Assembly: GCF_000446015.1 (NCBI RefSeq)
Contig: NC_022093.1
Location: 1,500,001-1,532,000, forward strand
Source of the DNA: Thermofilum adornatum
GTDB lineage: Archaea > Thermoproteota > Thermoprotei > Thermofilales > Thermofilaceae
Length of the DNA stretch: 32,000 bases
Reading direction: 5' to 3'
Part shown: one piece after another, positions 9,172 through 17,115 of the stretch
How positions within the stretch are numbered: position 1 is the stretch's first letter
How the letters are laid out: each line of letters begins with the position of its first letter
Notes under the pieces: model-generated
Told to the model about the DNA's origin: nothing
Seen by the model: the letters and a program-made list of their open reading frames with translations, nothing else
Databases searched by the model: none
Made by a program: the position numbers and the translations under genes

Positions 9172-9429
9172 ATGGTAATACTTAGTAGTATGGCTAATGT
9201 GAAGATAAGCTTACCCGAAGCCGTCTTTAAAAGAGTAGACGATATATCCAGGTCAATGAAAATAAGCCGCAGCGAGCTCATCACTAGAATCCTAGTCGAG
9301 GCCCTAGGTGTAGAGGCTGACAGGGACCCTCCTAAGTATCCTGCTCTCATATCGAAGCCATACAAAGAGGGGCACTACAGGCTTAGATCTCCTAGGTACC
9401 CAGGCAGAACAATAAAAGAGAGTGGATAG
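9172..9429 (+). CDS. Ribbon-helix-helix (CopG/MetJ-like) DNA-binding protein
   Basis: MANVKISLPEAVFKRVDDISRSMKISRSELITRILVEAL shows the beta-strand/helix/helix RHH pattern. The likely true start is ATG 9190. A possible partner gene begins 14 nt downstream. Confidence 0.6.
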   Translation: MVILSSMANVKISLPEAVFKRVDDISRSMKISRSELITRILVEALGVEADRDPPKYPALISKPYKEGHYRLRSPRYPGRTIKESG

Positions 9430-9442
9430 TTGAAGAGGTTGA

Positions 9443-9916
9443 AGAAGAGTAAGGATAAGCTATTACTTTGCTGAAGACAGGTACATAGAGTTGGGCGAAA
9501 AGATTCCAAATATACCTATCGTACATCTCATTATAAAGGTCGGTAGAAAGCGGGCGAGTGAACCAGCAATAGTTGATATGGCTTTGATGGTGGCATTTAT
9601 CCAAACATGGAAATAGTAAAGATGTTTGAGGGTCTAAGCCACCAACAAAAGTTTTCCTGGAAAACCCATCTACGGCTTATCAGAGTTTGAGGTTTATACG
9701 GCTGAAGCCTTCCTTTATCAAGTAGGAAGTCTGACAAGTCGCGGAGATATTAAAGTTTACATTCCCACAGAGCCCGAGCTTCTCACGGGAGAAGTATTGA
9801 TAGGAAGGGAGATTTTAAACAGCAAGGCTCACTCCATAATTTTGGATATGAAGAGCAAACAAAACGCTAATAGAGCTACCATAGGTTCAACAAAAAGAGT
9901 ACAGTTCCCTATATGA
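9443..9916 (+). pseudogene. Possible decayed retropepsin-like (clan AA aspartic protease family) gene
   Basis: A single frame is open over 9443-9613 and 9638-9916, interrupted by TAG, TAA and TAA within 9614-9637. Neither piece has a usable start. The pieces read ...IPIVHLIIKVGRKRASEPAIVDMALMV... and ...GDIKVYIPTEPELLTGEVLIGREILNSKAHSIILD..., resembling small archaeal aspartic proteases, but D-T-G is replaced by D-M-A. Confidence 0.3.
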
Positions 9917-11339
9917 TCGATTTCACAGGCTTTAAATTGTGAAGCTCGTAGAGCCTTGCTAGAACATTGTCGAGCCTTTCGAGCTGGTCTCCTTCTAGCC
10001 CCTTGGGGGTATGCTTTGCGAGGATTTCTTGGACTTTTGCATGTGCCTTCTCAAGTAGGCTTACTCCCTTAGTTTTTGTTCTGGGCCCTAGATCCCATAT
10101 ACTTGGAATGTATATCTCCTTCCTGTAGTTCTGCCTCGTATGCTTGAGCGCCAAGAAGTTTCCCCTCTTATCTAGCACGCCTTCTCCTAAGACCTGCAAG
10201 GCCATATTGTCTTTTTCGAAGCCCCTCGCGAGTCTATCTGCAACTAATATTGCTTCACTGTCCAGGACAAGTTTTTCTAGAGACTGCACGCTTTCATACT
10301 CAAGCATCCCGGCTCCTGACACTATGTCGAAGCCCGCCATCGCCGCGACCACAGCAGTGTATGTCGTCTCTGCCCCCGCTTGGTAGTCTACCAGCTTAGA
10401 GTCGCTCAAAGCCATGTATGTATGTGTAGGTAGGTCAAGGAGCCTCGCAACGTCTCTATATCCGAGACTTATGAGGACAGCTTCCGGAGAAGTTATAGAT
10501 GCTGTCCCATAGTATGGGTGAATCATCGTGGGGCTACCACCGTATATTATCGGCGCTCCTGGTCGGACTGCCTGGGATATAACTATCCCGCTCAGGTTCT
10601 CTGCGTGGTGCTGTACCAATGCGCCATATATTGTCACAGGTGATGTTGCGCCTAGACCCGGCATCGATATGAGCTCGGCTGGAACGTTTAGCCTAGCAAG
10701 GTCTACAAGGTTCCTCGACGTCACGGTGCTCCAGGACAGGGGAGGTGTGGGGCATATGTCAAATATTGCGAAGGGCTTTTCTGCGTAGTCTTCCCTTATG
10801 CTTGCAAGCATATCTACCATTAGCGGGAGGTTTTCCACCGTAAATGCGCCAGTAACCACTGGCTTCGTGGAATACTTTAGGACAACGTACAGCCTAACAG
10901 CATCTCTCACTTCTACTGGTACGTCTGAAGGCACAAGGGCAGTGCTCTGAGCCCTCAAGCCGGGCGATGCATCGACAAGGGTTACAAGATTCTTTAGGTC
11001 TATAAGGGTAGGGTTTCTAGGCTCCGACGATCCGTAGTCAAGGATACGGATCGCCGCAGACCCTGGGTCAAAGATCCTCGCCCCCTCTCCAAGGACTCCT
11101 ACAAGGTTTCCTTCTCGGTCATAAAGCCTTATTCTCCTTGGCACCGTCTTCAGCGAATCCTCGACAAGGCTCTCAGGCAAAACAACCCTTCCATCCTTCC
11201 TGACACCACCAGCCTTGACAACTATCTCTTCTACGCTTTTATCTTCGAAGAACACTCCAACGGTGCCCAGAACCCTGAGTGCCTCGGCATGTAGTTCTTC
11301 TGCCTCATCCCTGCTAAGCAGGGATAGGTTTGGCTTCAT
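9909..11339 (-). CDS. MttB-superfamily methyltransferase (trimethylamine methyltransferase family, non-pyrrolysine type)
   Basis: The N-terminus LSRDEAEELHAEALRVLGTVGVFFEDKSVEEIVVKAGGVRKDGRVVLPESLVEDSLKTVPRRIRLYDREG fits the MttB (COG5598) family. The 476-aa ORF is uninterrupted with no in-frame TAG. An ATGA overlap links it to the upstream corrinoid gene, and GAGGAGGGGTGGAG (SD) lies upstream. Confidence 0.85.
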   Translation of the reverse strand: MKPNLSLLSRDEAEELHAEALRVLGTVGVFFEDKSVEEIVVKAGGVRKDGRVVLPESLVEDSLKTVPRRIRLYDREGNLVGVLGEGARIFDPGSAAIRILDYGSSEPRNPTLIDLKNLVTLVDASPGLRAQSTALVPSDVPVEVRDAVRLYVVLKYSTKPVVTGAFTVENLPLMVDMLASIREDYAEKPFAIFDICPTPPLSWSTVTSRNLVDLARLNVPAELISMPGLGATSPVTIYGALVQHHAENLSGIVISQAVRPGAPIIYGGSPTMIHPYYGTASITSPEAVLISLGYRDVARLLDLPTHTYMALSDSKLVDYQAGAETTYTAVVAAMAGFDIVSGAGMLEYESVQSLEKLVLDSEAILVADRLARGFEKDNMALQVLGEGVLDKRGNFLALKHTRQNYRKEIYIPSIWDLGPRTKTKGVSLLEKAHAKVQEILAKHTPKGLEGDQLERLDNVLARLYELHNLKPVKSII

Positions 11340-11995
11340 CTAGCTCCACCCCTCCTCTTTGCAAGCATCTCTTTTACTATCCTGACAGACTCGAACGCGT
11401 CCCTACCCCAGACATCTGCTCCTATCTCTCTTACCCATTCCTCAGTTACAGGCGCACCCCCAGCTATTACAATGACCTTTTCTCTAATACCCCTCTTCTT
11501 AAGCTCTTCTATAACGTTTCTCTGCTCAAGCATCGTTGTAGTCATGAGCGCACTCATCCCGACAACGTCCGCGTTATACTTCTCGGCGGCCTCTGCGAAC
11601 CTCTCCGGAGGCACATCAACGCCAAGATCTATAACCTGGAAGCCCTCAGCCTCGAAGACAGCCGCTGCCAGATTCTTGCCAAGCTCGTGTATGTCTCCCC
11701 TCACAGTGCCAAACACAGCTACACCCGTAACCGGAACATCAGATGACCCCTTGATGTGTGGCCTTAGAACATCCATGCTAGCCCTGAAAGCCTCAGCCGA
11801 CGCGACCAACTCGGGGATAAAGTATTCGCCCTTCTCGTAGAGCTCCCCCACGCGCCTCATCGCTGGAACAAGTATGTTCGAGATTATTTCTCTGGGAGAC
11901 AGCCCCTCTTCCAATAGCTTTTGGGTAGCATCAGAAGCAAGCCTATCATCGCCGTCGACAATAGCCCTGTATAGCACTTCGCTAGCATCTGACAT
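11336..11995 (-). CDS. Corrinoid (cobalamin-binding) methyl-carrier protein, MtbC/MttC-like
   Basis: An N-terminal helical cap is followed by a Rossmann B12-binding domain. The D-x-H-x-x-G motif is present (GDIHELGKNL), followed by GFQVIDLGVDVP and MSALMTTT. Confidence 0.88.
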   Translation of the reverse strand: MSDASEVLYRAIVDGDDRLASDATQKLLEEGLSPREIISNILVPAMRRVGELYEKGEYFIPELVASAEAFRASMDVLRPHIKGSSDVPVTGVAVFGTVRGDIHELGKNLAAAVFEAEGFQVIDLGVDVPPERFAEAAEKYNADVVGMSALMTTTMLEQRNVIEELKKRGIREKVIVIAGGAPVTEEWVREIGADVWGRDAFESVRIVKEMLAKRRGGAR

Positions 11996-12022
11996 AGGAA
12001 TTCTGGGTCCAAGTGAGAAACC

Positions 12023-12034
12023 GATTTTTAAACT
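12023..12034 (-). promoter_or_regulatory. TATA-like element (minus strand GTTTAAAAATC) for the corrinoid/MttB operon
   Basis: An AT-rich box is centred about 34 nt upstream of the ATG at 11995, inside the 210-nt gap after the TorD-like gene. It suggests this gene pair has its own promoter. Confidence 0.35.
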
Positions 12035-12205
12035 TGTCTACTTCATTACTATAGAGCATGAAAAATTCAGAGCGCGCTCGGCATACTGAAACAAGTCTAT
12101 GAATCTATCATGCACCATGCGTGGCCCTTATGCCAAGTACAATTTTAGTTTAAAGCTCTCTCAGAGCCTTCACACGCTACAAAAAATAAAAAATCAATTG
12201 TTCTA

Positions 12206-12832
12206 CTAGCAAAACTTGGACTCCTCAAAAAAGGCCCGTTCCGAGGCTACAAATTCCCGTAGTAGCCTAGCCGTACCTCTATAGTTTTCTAGCTTAGCGT
12301 TTTCCTCGAGACACCTCGAATATCCATCGGCCCACTTTTCAATGTGTTCCCGGAAAAGCTTCTCTTGGAGGCACAGATACTCTGGTTGCCGGGTACTAGA
12401 CGCGACGAGGTAGTACATTAGTTCGAGCTCTAGGGCTACATGCTCCAGGGGCAAGCCGACGTCCGGGGCCCTGTCTAGGCAGGCTTCGCGGTAAATCCTT
12501 AGAAGCGAGTCATAGTTGTGGCCGTAGATCGTTCTCTCACCAGTCGCCCAGTATGTCTCGAAGGGGGGACACTTGAGCTCTGGATAGTCGTTCACGAAGA
12601 GCCGAGTATACTCTCCTTTCAGGTCTCCCTGTGAGTTTTCCCAGGCAGTTATCCATGCATCTACAAATTTGTCTATTGTCTCGGGATTCATCTTGACTAA
12701 AGAGACTTGTCTGACGGCTGGCAACAGTGTTTTTAGCTCGTTCTGGGATTCGATGTCGCTCGGAGTATAGAGGGCTAGGCTCAGAACCTTGTACAGTAGT
12801 GCTCTCTCCTCAAAAATCTTTGGACTTAACAA
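12206..12832 (-). CDS. TorD/DmsD-family redox enzyme maturation chaperone
   Basis: EYTRLFVNDYPELKCPPFETYW and LPLEHVALELELMYYL match the TorD family pattern (ey-rLF...cpPyeS-y; pDHia-eLef). TTG start preceded by GGAGAGGT. It is the last gene of the oxidoreductase operon. Confidence 0.75.
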   Translation of the reverse strand: MLSPKIFEERALLYKVLSLALYTPSDIESQNELKTLLPAVRQVSLVKMNPETIDKFVDAWITAWENSQGDLKGEYTRLFVNDYPELKCPPFETYWATGERTIYGHNYDSLLRIYREACLDRAPDVGLPLEHVALELELMYYLVASSTRQPEYLCLQEKLFREHIEKWADGYSRCLEENAKLENYRGTARLLREFVASERAFFEESKFC

Positions 12833-12885
12833 TTTTGACTACCTCTCCAAATAGAAAGGAAAAAGAAAAAATATTTAATTTATTT

Positions 12886-13731
12886 TCACCAGGGTAGCTC
12901 CATTGCGCCGGCGTATACAAGGAGATACCGTGCTAGGAAGCTTTGCAGGATGAGTAGGACTGCAAGTATGAGGAGGTTTGTCTTTGAAGGCTTCTTCTTG
13001 TTGTAGAAGTACACAGCGAATGGTCCAATGAAGCCCAGCAGGTACAGCAGGAGTGTTGCCCACATGTACTCGGTCAACATTAGCTCAACAGAGAACATGA
13101 AAGCCTCAGTCGAGATGTTTGCCAGTGCGAAGTAGAGCGTCATAGTTACGAATGCCAAGAGGGTTGTGATCATCGAGAAGTTGACGAGCTCGCCCGGTAC
13201 ATCCTTTTTAAGAATATAGGCTACCAGTGCATAGAGGCCTACTCCGCTGGAGAGGGCTACGAGGAGGAAAAGCAGTGGTGTAGCTGGGCTCCTCCACAAG
13301 TGGATAGAGCTACGGGCAAGCAGTGTACCAGTATAGGTCATGACGAGGAACGAGAATATAGAGCCCAGTGTTCCCAGGATCTTCATAATCTTCTCGTTAG
13401 CGGCGTAGGGTAGCTTTATGAGTCCGGGTAGAGCGAAGAGCCCCCCGAAAAGCAGTGCAAAAACGTTGAAGAATACGCCCCACGTCATAACTGAGCCAAG
13501 GTTCGGTGTAAGCATGGTGTAGAACGCGGCCTCGGGCTTGCCGAGGTGTGTTATCAGTACGAGTAGACCAAGTAGCAGGGATACCATGCCCGCGAGGGCC
13601 GCCTTGATGTTGAATTCCTTCTCTCCCTTTAGGTAGTAGAGGAAAGCTATGATGAAGGTTGCTACACCCATTCCTCCAAACGTCAAGTCTAGCACTATTT
13701 TAATATCCCAAGCGTGTTGCGGCTCTATCAT
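12886..13731 (-). CDS. NrfD/PsrC-type integral membrane anchor subunit
   Basis: 281 aa with about 8 TM helices, directly downstream of the Fe-S subunit. GAGGTGAGG (SD) lies upstream. Position and topology are as in PsrC/NrfD. Confidence 0.75.
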   Translation of the reverse strand: MIEPQHAWDIKIVLDLTFGGMGVATFIIAFLYYLKGEKEFNIKAALAGMVSLLLGLLVLITHLGKPEAAFYTMLTPNLGSVMTWGVFFNVFALLFGGLFALPGLIKLPYAANEKIMKILGTLGSIFSFLVMTYTGTLLARSSIHLWRSPATPLLFLLVALSSGVGLYALVAYILKKDVPGELVNFSMITTLLAFVTMTLYFALANISTEAFMFSVELMLTEYMWATLLLYLLGFIGPFAVYFYNKKKPSKTNLLILAVLLILQSFLARYLLVYAGAMELPW

Positions 13732-13737
13732 TCATCC

Positions 13738-14340
13738 TCACCTCTTCCTCATGGGAAGAATATAAAACACCTTCGGCTTTGTCCCCTCCTCCTTCTTGAA
13801 TACAGTAGTTGCGCCAGAGTTGACCAGCTTGGATATGGCACTGTTGGGGTCGTCGAGGTCTCCAAACAGCCTTGCACCTGTCGGGCACGTAGTCACACAT
13901 GCAGGATCCATACCCTTCTCCAGTCTGTGCTCGCAGAACGTGCACTTGTCAATCGACCTCAAGTATGGGTCCCAGAACCTGGCACCGTACGGGCACGCTT
14001 GGACGCAGTACTCGCATCCAATGCATTTTGTCTTGTCTACTAGAACAATGCCGTCCTTTGTCTTGAAGCTTGCACCTGTCGGACATACAGAGACACAAGG
14101 CGGGTTCTCGCAGTGCTGGCAAATCATGTGGGTATAGTAGACGGCTACGTTGGGGTATGTTCCCACAATATAGGTGTTAACGTAGGTTCTCTTCTTGAAG
14201 TTCTCAAGAGCCGGCAGACCTTCCGCGATAGCTTTGAATGCTTGCTCCCTGCGGTTCTCGGCTATGCATGCCATCACGCAGGCTCCACACCCGACACATT
14301 TGTTCAGGTCTATTACCATTCCATACCTAGCCATACCCAT
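13738..14340 (-). CDS. 4Fe-4S ferredoxin-type electron-transfer subunit (PsrB/DmsB-like)
   Basis: Four cluster motifs: CVGCGACVMAC, CQHCENPPCVSVCP, CIGCEYCVQACP and CTFCEHRL...CVTTCP. GAGGGGTGA (SD) lies upstream. Confidence 0.9.
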   Translation of the reverse strand: MGMARYGMVIDLNKCVGCGACVMACIAENRREQAFKAIAEGLPALENFKKRTYVNTYIVGTYPNVAVYYTHMICQHCENPPCVSVCPTGASFKTKDGIVLVDKTKCIGCEYCVQACPYGARFWDPYLRSIDKCTFCEHRLEKGMDPACVTTCPTGARLFGDLDDPNSAISKLVNSGATTVFKKEEGTKPKVFYILPMRKR

Positions 14341-14347
14341 TCACCCC

Positions 14348-16873
14348 TCATGCCTTCTCAACACGAACAACAACTTCCTGTGACATGATTCCACCCGCCA
14401 CGGGGTCAGCCTTTACACCTGTCAAAGTATGGTATGGTACACCGAACTTGGTAAAGTGCAGTGCCTCGCTCTTGTGGCCAAAGTCGCTTGAGACCCAGAT
14501 AGTGTCTTCTCTGACAAGGTCTGTCGGGAAGGCGACAGCCTCCACGCTGGCTCCCGTCTCAACACTTATCAGCTTTATCTTGTCGCCCTTCTTTATGCCC
14601 AGGCTCTCAGCAACGCTCCTGTTTATCCATGCCATCCTCTTAAACTCGGGGGTCAGCACTGACAGGAACGGCTCGTCGGCAGTAGACGTGTGCGTCATGG
14701 TGGGGACACGCCCATACACCACATAGAAAGTTGTCTTCCCGTCGGCCTTGCCGTATACCTCTGGCTCTGCCCATGCAACTATGGGATCCCAGTACGGCTG
14801 GTAGCCCTTCTTTGCCTTTATGTTGTTCAATGCGAAGCTAAATATCTCGATCCGTCCAGACGGGGTTAACAGCTGGCCGTTTAGCGTCTTCTGTATCATT
14901 TCCTTGCGGAGCGTCACAGCGTCCTTGACAACGATGAGTCCCTCGCTCTCGAGCTTAGCTACGTCGAGGTTCCTCGCCGAGGCTTGTACCTTGCGTATGC
15001 CTTTTACCCCTTCTTTTTCGTATGCATCTTTGAGCTTTGCTCCCATTGCCTGTGGGTCAGCGGCTCCTAGTGCTTTTGCGAAGTTTACCCAGAACTTGTT
15101 ATAGTAGTCCTCGCCTAGACGTTTCACTATGCCTACGACGATGTCTATAACGTGTCGTGTGTCGTAGAGTGGTTGCACGGCGGCCACACGTGTATGGAAG
15201 CCTAGCACGGGCGCATAAGCCATTCCATAAAGGGGATCATCCCTTTCAAGGAAACTATGCTCGGGCAATACTATGTCGGCGTATAGAACAGTATCGTTCG
15301 GATAAATGTCTACAGCAATAACCTTCTCCAGTTTCTTGAAGGCATTCCTCCACCTTGTAGAGTCGGGGCCTGTCATAGCTAGGTTTGTAGTAAACAGGAA
15401 AACAGTCGAGATCTTGTAGGGGTCTCCCTTCTCGATGGCGTCTAGGAAGCCCTGGAAAGTAAAGCCCTTAGAGGCCATGGCTACGCCCTGCTTTGTCCCC
15501 CATATTCTCATTACGCTTTCCTCGCTGACGTCTGGAGTTGGTGTAGCTGTGCTACCAACACCTGTAATTATTATTCCGTCCTTAATTAGGCCACCAACAA
15601 GGGCATTGAGGATAGCTGCTGCCCTCCACGTCATAACGCTGTTCTTATACTTGGGGTCGTGCCACCCAGTGTCTACTGCGGCTGGCCTAGTCTTTCCGAA
15701 CTCTATTCCGACTTGCCTAATTGTAGCGGCGGGTATGCCGGTTATTTTCTCTGCCCATTCTGGAGTATAATCTGCTACTTTTTCCTTGAGGATCTGGAAG
15801 ACGGGCTTTGCCTTCTTGTCTCCAACCGTAAACTCGCCCTCGAGTGCGGGCAGTATAGCTTCTTCGTGCTTGACTGCCTTGTTCTGTGCAAGGTCCCAGA
15901 CAAGGTACTTGATCTTTCCAGCAGCGTCAGTTCCCGCAGTTAAAGGCGTGCCGTCTTCTGCTACAAGCATCGGTGCGTTTGTAAACTTTCTCAGGAAGTC
16001 TGCGTCGTAGAGCCCCTCAGAAATTACGACGTTGATTAGTGCCAGTAGGAAGGCTAGGTCTGTTCCAGGCCTTATTGGGAGCCAGAGGTCAGCCTTGGCG
16101 GCTGTCTCGCTGAAACGCGGGTCAACAACTACGAGCTTGTAGTTTCCTATTTTCTGGCCTGCCCGTGTCCCGTGCACCACTGAGATGCTTCCAAAGAAGT
16201 TTCTCCTTATAACAACGAGATACTTTATGTTTTCGTAGTCTGTGAGGATCTGAGCGTGAGTGCCTACACCGATAGCACTAGACCATCCGAAAGCTTTGGG
16301 GAAGAAGCATGCCCCTCCGGGTATTCCTATAGCATTGGGAGTGCCAATAGTTTCTGCAAAGGCCTTCATTAAAGGCTCAAGGTAGAGACAGAGGGGCCAG
16401 CCCCCGATCATGGCAACTTCCTTTATTCTTCCCTCAGAGATCAGCTTCTTCAAGTGAGAAGCCACAGCGTCGAGCGCCTGGTCCCAGCTTGCCTCCGTGA
16501 AGCCGGTGAAACTGCCCCTCTGTCCGGGGTCGTTCCTGATAAGCGGCTTTTTCAGCCTGTCCGGGTTATATGTCCTAAACAGTGCAGACTGGCCCCTCGC
16601 ACATATTTTACCAAGGTTTATAGGCCCCTTTGGATTACCCTCAATCTTCTCAATCTTGCCGTCTCTAACCCTAACCAATAGCTGGCACGCTGCAGGACAC
16701 ATCATGCATATTGTGGGAACCCACTTCTCCTCTCCCTGGGCTTCAGTTCTCTGTGTTTGGGGCTTGAGAAGCCTAAGTGTAGGTGTGGACATGGTTGCTG
16801 TTACGCCGACGATCCCAGCGGCCTTGAGGAATTCTCTGCGGCTTAAACTGGTTCTGCTGGTTGTATCGGTCAT
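14348..16873 (-). CDS. Molybdopterin (bis-PGD) oxidoreductase catalytic subunit, TAT-exported, Psr/Phs/Ttr/Arr-like; substrate unknown
   Basis: Twin-arginine signal SRREFLKAAGIVGVTA. N-terminal Fe-S motif CMMCPAACQLLV...ICARG. 841 aa with an A-B-C-chaperone gene order. The candidate Mo/W ligand Cys is in PGGACFFPKAFG. Confidence 0.88.
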   Translation of the reverse strand: MTDTTSRTSLSRREFLKAAGIVGVTATMSTPTLRLLKPQTQRTEAQGEEKWVPTICMMCPAACQLLVRVRDGKIEKIEGNPKGPINLGKICARGQSALFRTYNPDRLKKPLIRNDPGQRGSFTGFTEASWDQALDAVASHLKKLISEGRIKEVAMIGGWPLCLYLEPLMKAFAETIGTPNAIGIPGGACFFPKAFGWSSAIGVGTHAQILTDYENIKYLVVIRRNFFGSISVVHGTRAGQKIGNYKLVVVDPRFSETAAKADLWLPIRPGTDLAFLLALINVVISEGLYDADFLRKFTNAPMLVAEDGTPLTAGTDAAGKIKYLVWDLAQNKAVKHEEAILPALEGEFTVGDKKAKPVFQILKEKVADYTPEWAEKITGIPAATIRQVGIEFGKTRPAAVDTGWHDPKYKNSVMTWRAAAILNALVGGLIKDGIIITGVGSTATPTPDVSEESVMRIWGTKQGVAMASKGFTFQGFLDAIEKGDPYKISTVFLFTTNLAMTGPDSTRWRNAFKKLEKVIAVDIYPNDTVLYADIVLPEHSFLERDDPLYGMAYAPVLGFHTRVAAVQPLYDTRHVIDIVVGIVKRLGEDYYNKFWVNFAKALGAADPQAMGAKLKDAYEKEGVKGIRKVQASARNLDVAKLESEGLIVVKDAVTLRKEMIQKTLNGQLLTPSGRIEIFSFALNNIKAKKGYQPYWDPIVAWAEPEVYGKADGKTTFYVVYGRVPTMTHTSTADEPFLSVLTPEFKRMAWINRSVAESLGIKKGDKIKLISVETGASVEAVAFPTDLVREDTIWVSSDFGHKSEALHFTKFGVPYHTLTGVKADPVAGGIMSQEVVVRVEKA

Positions 16874-16897
16874 ACAATATATTGTTTGTTATTAATC

Positions 16898-16906
16898 AAT
16901 ATAAAT
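16898..16906 (-). promoter_or_regulatory. TATA box (minus strand ATTTATATT) of the oxidoreductase operon
   Basis: It is centred about 29 nt upstream of the ATG at 16873, which implies a leaderless or near-leaderless mRNA. Confidence 0.5.
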
Positions 16907-17049
16907 GATTATGTAAAAATATTAATATTCCTAGACTTGAATATCGTTTTTCATACATATATTTTTAATAACATGTTTTTTGGGATCCCCTATTTCTTCC
17001 TCTTCTGTGGAGCGTCATTATAAGCTGAAGTAGTTCGCTTGTCTAGGTT

Positions 17050-17065
17050 GTTGACGTGCGTCAAC
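17050..17065. promoter_or_regulatory. Palindromic operator candidate 1: GTTGACG-TG-CGTCAAC
   Basis: 7-bp perfect arms with a 2-nt centre. It abuts the upstream (BRE) side of the TATA box at 17066-17076. Confidence 0.5.
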
Positions 17066-17076
17066 TTTATATATTT
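17066..17076 (+). promoter_or_regulatory. TATA box (TTTATATATTT) of the DUF438/HTH operon
   Basis: Canonical archaeal TATA, about 32-40 nt upstream of the GTG at 17108. Confidence 0.55.
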
Positions 17077-17099
17077 GACTCTAATTCATTATTGTTGGC

Positions 17100-17115
17100 G
17101 ATGACACGTGTCAAC
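17100..17115. promoter_or_regulatory. Palindromic operator candidate 2: GA-TGACACGTGTCA-AC
   Basis: A perfect 12-bp palindrome at 17102-17113 overlaps the GTG start (17108). It shares G-(T/A)-TGAC-N4-GTCAAC with site 1. The two centres are exactly 50 bp apart. Confidence 0.5.

Noticed and set aside
9909-16873. I checked for recoded stop codons: pyrrolysine TAG in the MttB homolog and selenocysteine TGA in the molybdoenzyme.
   Set aside because: Both ORFs are continuous from start to stop with family-typical ends. No in-frame TAG or TGA needs explaining.
16874-16885. A perfect 12-nt palindrome ACAATATATTGT directly abuts the ATG of the oxidoreductase catalytic subunit.
   Set aside because: It is made almost entirely of A and T in an AT-rich promoter region, where such palindromes arise easily. 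There is no second copy and it does not resemble the TGAC-N4-GTCA sites.
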